A stretch of 64,000 nt of DNA from an uncultured delta proteobacterium (GTDB taxonomy: Bacteria > Desulfobacterota > Syntrophia > Syntrophales > Smithellaceae), in NCBI GenBank assembly GCA_963710575.1, contig CAVQAL010000010.1, positions 71,533 through 135,532 on the forward strand. The letters run 5' to 3'. Under the pieces are notes generated by a model. That model did no database searches and was not told the DNA's origin. It saw nothing but the letters and a program-made list of their open reading frames with translations. The position numbers and the translations under genes are program-made. Positions 9,253-17,455 of this stretch are shown in pieces. Every line of letters starts with the position of its first letter. The stretch's first letter is position 1.

Positions 9253-10074
9253 TTGATCGAATTTTATAAAATGAGCGGCAGCGGCAATGATTTCATCATT
9301 ATTGATAACCGCGATTTATCTTTGAATGTGGGCGATTTGTCCGCGTTTGCCCGCCGCGTTTGCGAACGTAAAATTTCCGTAGGCGCCGATGGTCTGCTTT
9401 TAATTGAACCATCTAAAACAGTGAATTTTAAATGGCAGTTTTTCAACTCGGACGGCTCCATAGCGGAAATGTGCGGCAATGCCAGCCGGTGCGTCGCGCG
9501 TTATGCTTATCTGAAAGGCATTGCCCCGGAGAAAATGTCCTTTGAAACGATAGCCGGTATTATTTCTGCTGAGGTCAAGGATGATGTGGTTAAGGTCAAA
9601 TTGACTGATCCTTCTCATGTCCAGCCAATAGGAAAGCTCGTTATTGACGATTGCCAGTTTGTTTTGGACAGTGTTGATACCGGCGTTCCCCATGCCGTGG
9701 TTTTTGTGGATAATCTGGAGACTTGCACTGTTTTTGACTGGGGTCGTAAGATCCGCCGCCACGAACATTTTGCGCCTCGGGGAACCAACGCCAATTTTGC
9801 AAAAGTTATTGACCAGCATAAAATGAAGGTAAGAACCTATGAGCGTGGCGTCGAGGATGAGACACTTGCCTGCGGCACCGGGGTGGTGGCTTCCGTACTG
9901 GCCGGAGCCTCGCGAGGTTTGGTGGATTCACCTGTTGACGTCATCGTCCACGGCGGTGAAACTCTGCGCATTTACTTTACAAAAAAAGAAGACCGCTTTG
10001 ATGAAGTTTATCTTGAAGGTAAAGTAAAAATAATCTATCACGGGTTTCTTTTTGAGGAGGCTTATAAATCATGA
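9253..10074 (+). CDS. dapF: Diaminopimelate epimerase
   Basis: The N-terminal KMSGSGNDFIIIDNR and both catalytic Cys motifs (MCGNASRC, LACGTGVVA) are present. The TTG start follows aggaag; an alternative ATG lies at 9271. Confidence 0.92.
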   Translation: MIEFYKMSGSGNDFIIIDNRDLSLNVGDLSAFARRVCERKISVGADGLLLIEPSKTVNFKWQFFNSDGSIAEMCGNASRCVARYAYLKGIAPEKMSFETIAGIISAEVKDDVVKVKLTDPSHVQPIGKLVIDDCQFVLDSVDTGVPHAVVFVDNLETCTVFDWGRKIRRHEHFAPRGTNANFAKVIDQHKMKVRTYERGVEDETLACGTGVVASVLAGASRGLVDSPVDVIVHGGETLRIYFTKKEDRFDEVYLEGKVKIIYHGFLFEEAYKS

Positions 10075-10077
10075 TTA

Positions 10078-10235
10078 TGATATTACCCTCCGCTTTACGG
10101 GATAATTTCCTTGACTGCGGCAGGATAATTCGATCTGCAAACTTCAGCGCACGTCGTTACTGAAGTTTGGATCTCATTACGGCTGGCAATCTTCAATTCG
10201 GTTTCCTTTTGAAGATTGAGCCTCATTATCAGGGA
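10078..10235. repeat. Hairpin repeat cluster
   Basis: 10081-10105 ttaccctccgctttacgggataa is the reverse complement of the middle module of family A (cccgcaaagcggagggtataa). 10144-10177 CAAACTTCAGcgcacgtcgttaCTGAAGTTTG is a family B-type hairpin. Confidence 0.6.
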
Positions 10236-10288
10236 TTGCTTTTTGAAGAAGCTTATAAATGATTAATGCTAATTATTTCTAGAGGAGA

Positions 10289-11461
10289 TTGACCTTGCAA
10301 ACAGCCGAGCGATTAACGAAGATACCGCCATACCTATTTATGGAATTGAGAAAAAAAATCAATAAAGCCAAGGCCGATGGAATAGATGTTATTTCCCTGG
10401 CTATCGGTGATCCGGTGGAGGCAACGCCGGATTCGATCATTGATGAACTTTGCGCCACAGCGCGCGAACCTTTAAATCATCGTTATCCGATTGATGAAGA
10501 AAAAGGCATGTTCGCTTTTCGCCGGGAAGTAGCTAAGTGGTATGAGACACGCTATGGCGTGAGGCTTAATCCGGAAAAAGAAATCCTGGGTCTTATCGGC
10601 TCTAAAGAAGGCTGTCATCATTTTATTCTGGCGCGAGTCAACCCAGGCGATACGGTTCTAATGACCGATCCCGGCTATCCCGCCTACAGAGCGAGCATCC
10701 TGATGGGCGGCGGCATTCCGTACAATGTTCCCATTCTGCCGCAAAATAATTATCTGCCCGTATTCGAAGATATCCCGGTGGACGTGGCCAGGAAAGCGAC
10801 CGCCATGTTCCTCAATTATCCGAACAATCCGACCGGCACTTGCGCGACTCCCGAATTTTTGAATAAACTTGTCGATTTTGCCCGCAACTGCGACATTGCC
10901 ATTTGTTACGATAATCCCTACAGCGAAATAGTTTTTGCAGGCCAGAAGCGCATCAGTTTCCTGATGGCGCAAGGCGCAAAAGAGGTCGGCATCGAACTTA
11001 ACTCTCTTTCCAAACCGTTTAATATGTGCGGGTGGCGACTGGGAATGGCCTGCGGCAATCCCGAATTGATCGCCGCCATCAGCAAGGTTAAGGAAAATAC
11101 GGATTCGGGAATTTTTAATGCCGTGCAATTTGCGGGGATTCAGGCATTAAGGCATGAAGCTGGGTTTATCGAAGAAATGCTTGTCGTGTATGGAAAACGC
11201 CGCGAACTGGTGCTTAGCACATTGAAAAAAATCGGCATTGATTTCAATCCGCCGCGCGGAACATTTTACCTGTGGGTGCCGGTACCCAAGGGGATGACTT
11301 CGCTGGAATTCACCAATCGCCTGTTCGATAAAACGGCCGTTGTTGTAGCTTCCGGCACTGCTTACGGCACATATGGCGAGGGCTTTGTACGCATATCGCT
11401 GACCGTACCGGATGAACGGTTGCGCGAAGCAATGACCCGGATTGAGAAAGAGTTCAAGTAA
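10289..11461 (+). CDS. dapL: LL-diaminopimelate aminotransferase-like class I/II aminotransferase
   Basis: The PLP-lysine context SLSKPFNMCGWRLG and NYPNNPTG are present, and the gene is adjacent to dapF. The start is TTG at 10289, or in-frame TTG at 10295, which has better spacing from GAGGAG. The dapL assignment is inferred from context. Confidence 0.7.
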   Translation: MTLQTAERLTKIPPYLFMELRKKINKAKADGIDVISLAIGDPVEATPDSIIDELCATAREPLNHRYPIDEEKGMFAFRREVAKWYETRYGVRLNPEKEILGLIGSKEGCHHFILARVNPGDTVLMTDPGYPAYRASILMGGGIPYNVPILPQNNYLPVFEDIPVDVARKATAMFLNYPNNPTGTCATPEFLNKLVDFARNCDIAICYDNPYSEIVFAGQKRISFLMAQGAKEVGIELNSLSKPFNMCGWRLGMACGNPELIAAISKVKENTDSGIFNAVQFAGIQALRHEAGFIEEMLVVYGKRRELVLSTLKKIGIDFNPPRGTFYLWVPVPKGMTSLEFTNRLFDKTAVVVASGTAYGTYGEGFVRISLTVPDERLREAMTRIEKEFK

Positions 11462-11464
11462 ATT

Positions 11465-11506
11465 GTCATTATGTCATTGCAAGGAGCGAAGCGACGCGGC
11501 AATCTC
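11465..11506 (+). repeat. GTCATTGC...GCAAT hairpin repeat
   Basis: The sequence is gtcattatgtcATTGCaaggagcgaagcgacgcgGCAATctc. It has a related copy at 44316-44354 (gtcatccctgtcattgcgggtg...gacgcggc). Confidence 0.6.
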
Positions 11507-11564
11507 TTTGGCGTTACCTAATTCTACTTTAGATATATAACCTGCGAAAGAAAGATGATTAATT

Positions 11565-12596
11565 ATGGAAATGGGTATTCTCGGCCTTCCCCAAAGCGGG
11601 AAGAGCACATTATTTGAAATTATGACCGGTGTGAAAAGCGGCCAGTCGCACAACGAAACCGTCGTGCGCGGTCAGGCTTCCGTGCCGGATGAGCGTTTTG
11701 ATAAGCTCGTCGAAATATACAAGCCGGTAAAGGTGTCTCCGGCTAAAGTTCCTTTTGTGGATGTTCATGCAGTGGGCGAACATCCCTGGGAAGCCATTCG
11801 TCAGAACTTGAGCGGCACAGACGGTGTTTTGCATGTTGTTGACGGCTTTTCTTTGCCGGATGTTTCTCTGAGTCTCGAAGCATACCGCAAGTTGGAAGAC
11901 GAGCTGGTTCTTTCCGATTTATTAATCATTGAAAAAAAACTGGAGCGCCTGACTAAAACATCCAAGAAAGCGCTCACGCCGCAGGATGTGGCGCAAAACG
12001 ACCTTCTACCCAAATTAAAAGAATGCCTGGAAGCGGGCAAACCCTTGCGCACTGCAGGGCTCACCCCTATGGAAGTTTTTACACTGCGTAGTTTTTCTTT
12101 CTGGACAATCAAGCCGGAGCTGGTCGTGGTCAATGTGGCCGAAGATAATCTTTCCTTTGCCGATGCCTTTGCCAAGGAAGCGAAATTAGAAGAACCTGTT
12201 CTGGGAATTTGCTGCAAGATAGAAGCGGAAATGGCCGGACTCGATGCGGTTGATCAAAAAGAATTTCTGGAGTCGATGGGAATTGACGAACCGGCGTTTG
12301 GCCGGATTATCCGCGCGGCTTTTTCTCTTTTAGGGCGCATGTCCTTTTTTACCGTCGGCGAAGATGAAGTTAAGGCTTGGGTTATTCCTCTGGAGACCAA
12401 AGCCCCCAAAGCAGCCGGTGCCATTCACAACGATTTTGAAAGAGGCTTTATCAAAGCTGAAGTCATGCACTATGATGATTTCATTGCGCATGGCTGCTCT
12501 CATGCGCAGGTAAAATCAGCCGGGCGTCTGCGCCTGGAAGGGAAAGAATATGTTGTGAAGGACGGCGATATTATCACCTTCCGTTTCAATGTCTGA
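11565..12596 (+). CDS. ychF: YchF/OLA1-family ribosome-binding ATPase
   Basis: The P-loop GLPQSGKSTLFEIMT is present, and the C-terminal TGS-like end KDGDIITFRFNV is characteristic of YchF. Confidence 0.85.
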   Translation: MEMGILGLPQSGKSTLFEIMTGVKSGQSHNETVVRGQASVPDERFDKLVEIYKPVKVSPAKVPFVDVHAVGEHPWEAIRQNLSGTDGVLHVVDGFSLPDVSLSLEAYRKLEDELVLSDLLIIEKKLERLTKTSKKALTPQDVAQNDLLPKLKECLEAGKPLRTAGLTPMEVFTLRSFSFWTIKPELVVVNVAEDNLSFADAFAKEAKLEEPVLGICCKIEAEMAGLDAVDQKEFLESMGIDEPAFGRIIRAAFSLLGRMSFFTVGEDEVKAWVIPLETKAPKAAGAIHNDFERGFIKAEVMHYDDFIAHGCSHAQVKSAGRLRLEGKEYVVKDGDIITFRFNV

Positions 12597-12700
12597 TGGC
12601 AATTCTAAAGGAAGTTTTCGCCATGTTGGCGAAAATTCTCGGCAAGGTAAGGTTCTATTTATTATGTGCTCTCCTTATGGGAATGCGCTTCCGATCAAAG

Positions 12701-12843
12701 CGCTATTTTTGTTAGCGCCGGTGTCGGCTTCCTCAACGTATAACCTAAATAACCTAAAGGTCACTTCGGGTCACGCGTGCATAATACGCCTGCGGAGCCT
12801 TCTCCTGGCCGCCGCGTTATTTTTTGAATGCAACTCGGTATCA
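12701..12843 (+). repeat. Hairpin repeat family C, copy 1 (with nested insertion)
   Basis: It matches the reverse complement of 20846-20962 (cgtcggcttcctcaacgtat ... atacgcctgcggagcc..ctcct.g..gccgcgttat). It carries an extra ~42-nt module at 12742-12783 (aacctaaataacctaaaggtcacttcgggtcacgcgtgcata) where copy 2 has tttcat. Confidence 0.8.
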
Positions 12844-12860
12844 TTTTTAATCAATTAATT

Positions 12861-13000
12861 TTATTGTTGAAACTCCAATTCCGAAAGCGAAGCGCAGCGG
12901 AATTGGTAAGTTGAACAATCTTGCGAAGTGGAGGGTTTAATACCCCGCAGCTTGCTGCGGAATCTGTTGCCAAGGCTTGCTTTGTGGTTCATTCCCGTGA
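12861..13000 (+). repeat. Hairpin repeat family A, copy 2
   Basis: The sequence is ttattgttgaaactCCAATTCCgaaagcgaagcgcagcGGAATTGGtaagttgaacaatcttgcgaagtggaggg...CCGCAGCttGCTGCGG. It overlaps the 3' end of the minus-strand metallophosphoesterase ORF. Confidence 0.85.
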
Positions 13001-14109
13001 TTCCCGATCAAATCAATAACTGTAATTTCCGGCGGTGCAAAAACGCGCACTGGCGGTCCCCAAGTGCCGGCGCCTCTGGAGACATAAAGCAATTTATTTT
13101 TCCCCAACTCAAAATATCCATAGTTCTTCGGGAAAAACAGGCGTGTTACCAACATAAAAGGAAAAATTTGGCCGCCATGCGTATGGCCGGAAAGCTGCAA
13201 GTTGAAATTCTCCCCGGCATCAACAAAAGGCTGATGTTTTAGAAGAAGAACAAAACCATTATCCTGGTGCGAAAGCATTTCTTCAAAAAGCCGTTTATCT
13301 TTACTTACACCCATCCTTTGTCCCGTGATATCATCAGCGCCGAAGATGCTTAGCCCTGCTATATGCCGGACATCATCCCTGAGTAAATCAAAGCCGGCTG
13401 CTTTGGTAAACTCCAGTGATCGTTTCAGGCCGGCGTAATATTCATGATTGCCTAAGATGGCATATTTGCCATACTTTGGTGTGATGGATGCAAATCGCTG
13501 AGACTGTGTCATCACATTATCAAGTTCTCCGTCCATTAAATCTCCGGTGGAAACAAGAATATCGGGCTTGGCTTCTTTTACGCGATCCAGAATAGCCTGC
13601 AGACGATTATCCCGGATAATTAACCCGATATGCATATCGGATATTTGGACAATCCTGATTTTACCATCGTTCGGCAATATTTTTTCGGTTTTCACTTCCA
13701 GAGTTTTTACTCTGATTTGCCTTGCATCCATAAAGCCGTAAATAACAAAAATAAAGGAAAGGAAAATAGCCGTCCCGAAAGCAATATTGTGAAGGACTGG
13801 CGAGCCGGTTCCACTTCCGGTAAGTTTATATGAAAATACGATAATTTCAAAAGAGACGTTGAAAAAGAAAAAGAGAAAAATAAAAGCCATCCAGATATAA
13901 CCGGTATAGGCAATTGCTCTCGCCATAAATTCCTGATGATAAGCTTCTGCCACCCTCACCAGAATCGGAGCACAAATCAGCAATAACAACACAATTACTA
14001 TTATGATTTGAGGGAAACCGGAAAAATTAAAAACACTTCTGGCCTGGAAAAAGGCATAGAAATTAATGCCGCCATAAAGGCATAAAAAAATTAAAACGAA
14101 AAGAATCAT
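12937..14109 (-). CDS. Membrane-anchored calcineurin-like metallophosphoesterase (YkuE-like)
   Basis: Four to five N-terminal TM helices are followed by the metallophosphoesterase motifs QISDMHIG, GDLMDGE, GNHEYY and GHTHGGQ. The last ~20 codons are encoded by repeat A copy 2. Confidence 0.8.
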   Translation of the reverse strand: MILFVLIFLCLYGGINFYAFFQARSVFNFSGFPQIIIVIVLLLLICAPILVRVAEAYHQEFMARAIAYTGYIWMAFIFLFFFFNVSFEIIVFSYKLTGSGTGSPVLHNIAFGTAIFLSFIFVIYGFMDARQIRVKTLEVKTEKILPNDGKIRIVQISDMHIGLIIRDNRLQAILDRVKEAKPDILVSTGDLMDGELDNVMTQSQRFASITPKYGKYAILGNHEYYAGLKRSLEFTKAAGFDLLRDDVRHIAGLSIFGADDITGQRMGVSKDKRLFEEMLSHQDNGFVLLLKHQPFVDAGENFNLQLSGHTHGGQIFPFMLVTRLFFPKNYGYFELGKNKLLYVSRGAGTWGPPVRVFAPPEITVIDLIGNHGNEPQSKPWQQIPQQAAGY

Positions 14110-14122
14110 AATTCAATAAACC

Positions 14123-14238
14123 TTATTGTGAAACTCCAATTCCGAAAGCGAAGCGTATTGGAATTGGTAAGTTGAACAATCCCGCAAAGCGGAGGGTATA
14201 ATACCCCATAGCTTGCTTTCGGGTTTATACCCGTGATC
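14123..14238 (+). repeat. Hairpin repeat family A, copy 3
   Basis: The sequence is ttattgtgaaactCCAATTCCgaaagcgaagcgtattGGAATTGGtaagttgaacaatcccgcaaagcggagggtataatacccc. It lacks the ~24-nt gcggaatctgttgccaaggcttgct segment of copy 2. Confidence 0.85.
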
Positions 14239-14404
14239 ATGTGGAATATTCTACCGGAAGCTAAAGGAAAATAACACAGATGTCAATCCCGCAGTTTTGA
14301 ATCCCCAGCCATTACCGGAGGGGGCTCCACTAATTATAAGTAGACACAGATTGATGTTGACAAGGTAAACCCCTTGATATAAATACGTCATCTCTTTAAT
14401 GGAT

Positions 14405-14480
<76 letters not shown>

Positions 14481-14835
14481 GTGAAATCAAGTAGTTATCT
14501 TGTAACAGTCAATCATTTTTTTAAAAGTGTTTAACCTATTGCTAATTTTTGTTATGATTTTCTATTATCTCTTGTGAGATTTGAATAATCATAAATCTCA
14601 ATGAAAAAATGCAGTTATGTGTGATGCGAAAATTTTATTTCTCTGTTGAAAAGAAGACTAACGTTTGAAAACAGCAATGCAAACCTGAAGAGTGAAGTAT
14701 TTGTTTCTTTCTACAAAGTTTCAGTAGCGAGTGGTTTTTAGAATTGAGGGTTACTGATTGGAAGCAAGTATGTTCGTGAAGGATCCTAAATGCTCACTTA
14801 CAGAAAAAAGTGCTTGTTGAGTTTGCCTGATACAG

Positions 14836-15876
14836 TTATTTATCTTTCATCTTATCCAGTCTTGACTGCGCCTCCTTGTGTCCTTGCTCAGCCGCCTCAC
14901 CGTACCACACCGCAGCCGAAGCAGAATCCCGTTTAACGCCTCTACCTTCTTCTAATATCACACCAATATTGAACTGTGCATCTGCAATTCCTTGTTCAGC
15001 AGATTTTATAAACCATCTTGCAGCCTCGGTATAGTCTTGCAGTCCTTTACTATACATCAAACCCAGATGATACTGGGCATTAGCATGACCCTGTTCAGCA
15101 GCCTTGAGATACCATCTGATAGCTTCAGCCTTATCTTGCGGAACACCTCTACCTTCTTCGTATATCAAACCCAAATTGAACTGTGAAGATGCAATTCCTT
15201 TTTCAGCAGCCTTGCGACACCATTTGACGGTCTCAGAATCGTCTCGCAGAATACCTCTACCATTTTTGTACATCATATTCAGATTATTCTTGGCATCATC
15301 ATTACCCTGTTCAACTGCCCTGAGATACCATTTGATAGCCTCAGTATCATCGCGTCGAACGCCTCTACCTTCTTCGTATATCAAACCCAAATTGAACTGC
15401 GCAGAAGCAATTCCTTGTTCAGCCGCCTTGCTGATAGCCTCAATATCTTCTTGCGGGTATATCAACTCCAAATTGAACTGTGCATTAGCAATTCCTTGTT
15501 CTGCAACCTGGCTGATATCCTCAGAATCGCCTAGTGGAACATCGTTACTTTCTTCTAAATCCTTGCTGATAATTTCAGATTCGTCTAGCGGAATATCGTA
15601 CATCAAACCCAAATTGAACTGTGCACCAGTATGACCTTGTTCAGCAGCTTTGAGAAACCATTTTATGGCCTCAGTTTGATACATCAAGCCAAGATTGTTC
15701 TGGGCATCAGCATGGCCCTGTTCAGCAGCCTTGAGAAACCATTTTATGGCCTCAGCATTGTCTTGCGAAACACCTTTACCATTCTGGTACATCATACCCA
15801 AGTTATTCTGGGCATCAGCGTCTCCCAGTTCAGCGGCATTACGAATATCTGTTAAAGATGGTGTATTTTTTTTCAT
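14836..15876 (-). CDS. Sel1-like (SLR) repeat protein
   Basis: There are about 9 repeats of the form AEAIKWFLKAAEQGHADAQNNLGLMYQNGKGV. The start is moved to MKKNTPSL (ATG at 15876). The middle contains truncated repeats and an acidic linker (DESEIISKDLEESNDVPLGDSEDIS). Confidence 0.85.
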   Translation of the reverse strand: MKKNTPSLTDIRNAAELGDADAQNNLGMMYQNGKGVSQDNAEAIKWFLKAAEQGHADAQNNLGLMYQTEAIKWFLKAAEQGHTGAQFNLGLMYDIPLDESEIISKDLEESNDVPLGDSEDISQVAEQGIANAQFNLELIYPQEDIEAISKAAEQGIASAQFNLGLIYEEGRGVRRDDTEAIKWYLRAVEQGNDDAKNNLNMMYKNGRGILRDDSETVKWCRKAAEKGIASSQFNLGLIYEEGRGVPQDKAEAIRWYLKAAEQGHANAQYHLGLMYSKGLQDYTEAARWFIKSAEQGIADAQFNIGVILEEGRGVKRDSASAAVWYGEAAEQGHKEAQSRLDKMKDK

Positions 15877-16216
15877 ATATATATTCCCGATGAGTTGGGA
15901 ATATAATAGCACTATTCATTTTTTTTAAAAGAGGAAATTACACGGCACCATTGACAAGGACTTGTTGAGTACACCTACCAAGAAACAATTGTCAGGTTTA
16001 AAATAATTGAGGATTACCATTTGAAAGAGAACTATGCCAATTTTCAGCGGTGGTGCGGTTTCTCGACGTACGCTGCAAAAAATGGTTCAGCTAAGCCTTT
16101 CTGTGATTTATTAGGTGACCTGCCCAAAATTCTAATTTAATAGCTGGGTTTGTTTTCGGGAAGCAGGCTAGTATTCGTCCTAGTAGGAGTGTTCAGGATC
16201 CTTCGTAGGCGCGAAA

Positions 16217-16256
16217 AATCTAAAATTGTGTGTTGCGTAATTTTAGATTATTTTTT
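16217..16256. terminator. Bidirectional hairpin terminator
   Basis: A perfect 11-bp stem AATCTAAAATT / AATTTTAGATT with an 11-nt loop. It is followed by TTTTTT on the plus strand and TTTT on the minus strand. The right arm contains the stop codon of the small minus-strand ORF. Confidence 0.5.
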
Positions 16257-16418
16257 CCCTTTTTCTTTTAGCAATTCATCCACTTTTTTACTCATGTTTT
16301 CCTGTTTTTGATCTATTTCTTTACTGATGGTATTCAGTTGGATTTGCATTACTAGCACGAGCACCAGCAGACACGCGACAACCAAACAAAGAACGGTCAT
16401 GTTCATGTCCAAGTCCAT
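16248..16418 (-). CDS. Small (56 aa) single-pass membrane protein, unannotated in ORF track
   Basis: An ATG is preceded by GAGGAG (caagaggagtgtgctATG). The translation is MDLDMNMTVLCLVVACLLVLVLVMQIQLNTISKEIDQKQENMSKKVDELLKEKGKK, that is one TM helix plus a charged coiled tail. A terminator hairpin sits at its stop. Confidence 0.5.
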   Translation of the reverse strand: MDLDMNMTVLCLVVACLLVLVLVMQIQLNTISKEIDQKQENMSKKVDELLKEKGKK

Positions 16419-16609
16419 AGCACACTCCTCTTGTTAAGTTAGAATTGTACCATTTCAACCAATATCGATTTTAATATAGCATAAAATTAATAATTTGAAA
16501 CATAAGATTTACAGGAAGAAGTCTATTATTTGTTTCATCTACTAACAAACAATATGTCCTTGTCAACTGACTTGCAGATTAGCAAAAGAAAGTCACAGGA
16601 AGGCTTTTC

Positions 16610-16960
16610 TTAACGAGGTTTGACCCCAGATATGCCGCCCGTTACGCTCGAATGAAATCCTACAAAACTGGAATTAGACATTGTCTTGCTGTCGATGTTC
16701 ATATCCACGCTTTTACTTTCCGTGCTCACCGATGGGGCGTCCTTATTGACGGTTTCATTGGTCTGCAACATTTCCTGTTTGAGCACATCTTGCGCAATGT
16801 CGACTTCCTGATTTTTGACGGATGCCCCTGTCACGGATGCATTTATCCGGGCCATTTCCACATCGTCCGCCTTCTTCATCGCTGCAAAAACCGGGGCAGT
16901 GAGGAGCGAACAAAACAGGAGGGCAGCATAAATAATCGCTAAACCATTGTAAACTTTCAT
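16610..16960 (-). CDS. Secreted hypothetical protein
   Basis: The signal peptide MKVYNGLAIIYAALLFCSLLTAPVFAA is followed by a Ser/Thr/Asn-rich, probably disordered, body. A strong promoter lies upstream. I recognise no family. Confidence 0.6.
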   Translation of the reverse strand: MKVYNGLAIIYAALLFCSLLTAPVFAAMKKADDVEMARINASVTGASVKNQEVDIAQDVLKQEMLQTNETVNKDAPSVSTESKSVDMNIDSKTMSNSSFVGFHSSVTGGISGVKPR

Positions 16961-17035
16961 TTCGATTCCCTTTTGATATTTAAGAAAATACTTCCTGCAT
17001 TTGCCTATGAAGTATCAACCGTGTCTATAATAAGA

Positions 17036-17086
17036 TGATCAAGCTTGGATGTCAACACAAAACTGAACACAAAATGTGGGGTGTGA
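17036..17086 (-). promoter_or_regulatory. Sigma70-type promoter with shared upstream module
   Basis: The minus strand reads ACATTTTGTGttcagttttgtgTTGACA-N17-TATTAT, with -35 at 17059-17064 and -10 at 17036-17041. It lies about 75 nt upstream of the 16960 start. Confidence 0.55.
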
Positions 17087-17267
17087 TGTCGATGTTTGTC
17101 GGATGCGAATGGTGTTTATTACTGATTTGAGGATTATGGGAAGAAAGAAACAAAATTTCTATTTCCGAACCGTCAAAAATGTTTCTTTCACCTAAGTTTT
17201 AGTAGGGGGTGTCTATCCCACTCCGCTGCGTTTCGGGGATAATGCGTCCCGCCAAACACCGTTTGGG

Positions 17268-17322
17268 GGATAGTTCGTCCAACAAGTTTCATTGCGCTAC
17301 GCTTCTGAAACTTGGGACTCAC
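17268..17322 (-). repeat. Hairpin repeat family B, copy 2
   Basis: The reverse complement gtgagtcccaagtttcagaagcgtagcgcaatgaaacttgttggacgaactatcc matches 9043-9097. It is flanked by TATCCCactccgctgcgtttcGGGGATA and by a family C nested-module copy at 17345-17364. Confidence 0.75.
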
Positions 17323-17455
17323 TAACTTACGCTTCAAACCTACAGTGACCTTTAGGTTATGCACTGCGTTTATTTTCAGCTTGTCTCATTAGAATTGATG
17401 ATTACTGGTTGAAAGGTGCAACGAAAATTAGCCGGAATGTTATTTGGCAAAAGGT

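Noticed and set aside
12589-13242. Track ORFs 12589-12858 (+) and 12928-13242 (+), together with 20846-21046 (-).
   Set aside because: They are read-through translations of repeat families C and A; the shared peptide strings SSTY...IRLRSLLLAAAL are repeat-encoded. They lie in intergenic DNA or antisense to a well-supported gene.
9043-14238. The possibility that the recurring hairpin repeats form a CRISPR array.
   Set aside because: The repeats are of several different families and orientations. They are separated by whole genes rather than by uniform 30-40-nt spacers, and no cas genes are present.
15104-15928. Plus-strand ORFs (176, 74 and 77 aa) antisense to the Sel1-repeat gene.
   Set aside because: They are open only because of the periodic repeat structure. 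Their composition is Ser/Leu/Pro-rich low complexity, there is no RBS, and the minus-strand SLR protein is clearly the real gene.
14481-17455. A genomic islet integrated at tRNA-Thr (Sel1 protein, small secreted and membrane proteins, low-complexity DNA).
   Set aside because: There is no integrase, and I could find no direct repeat of the tRNA 3' end. The region mostly contains the same dispersed repeats seen elsewhere, so the evidence is insufficient.
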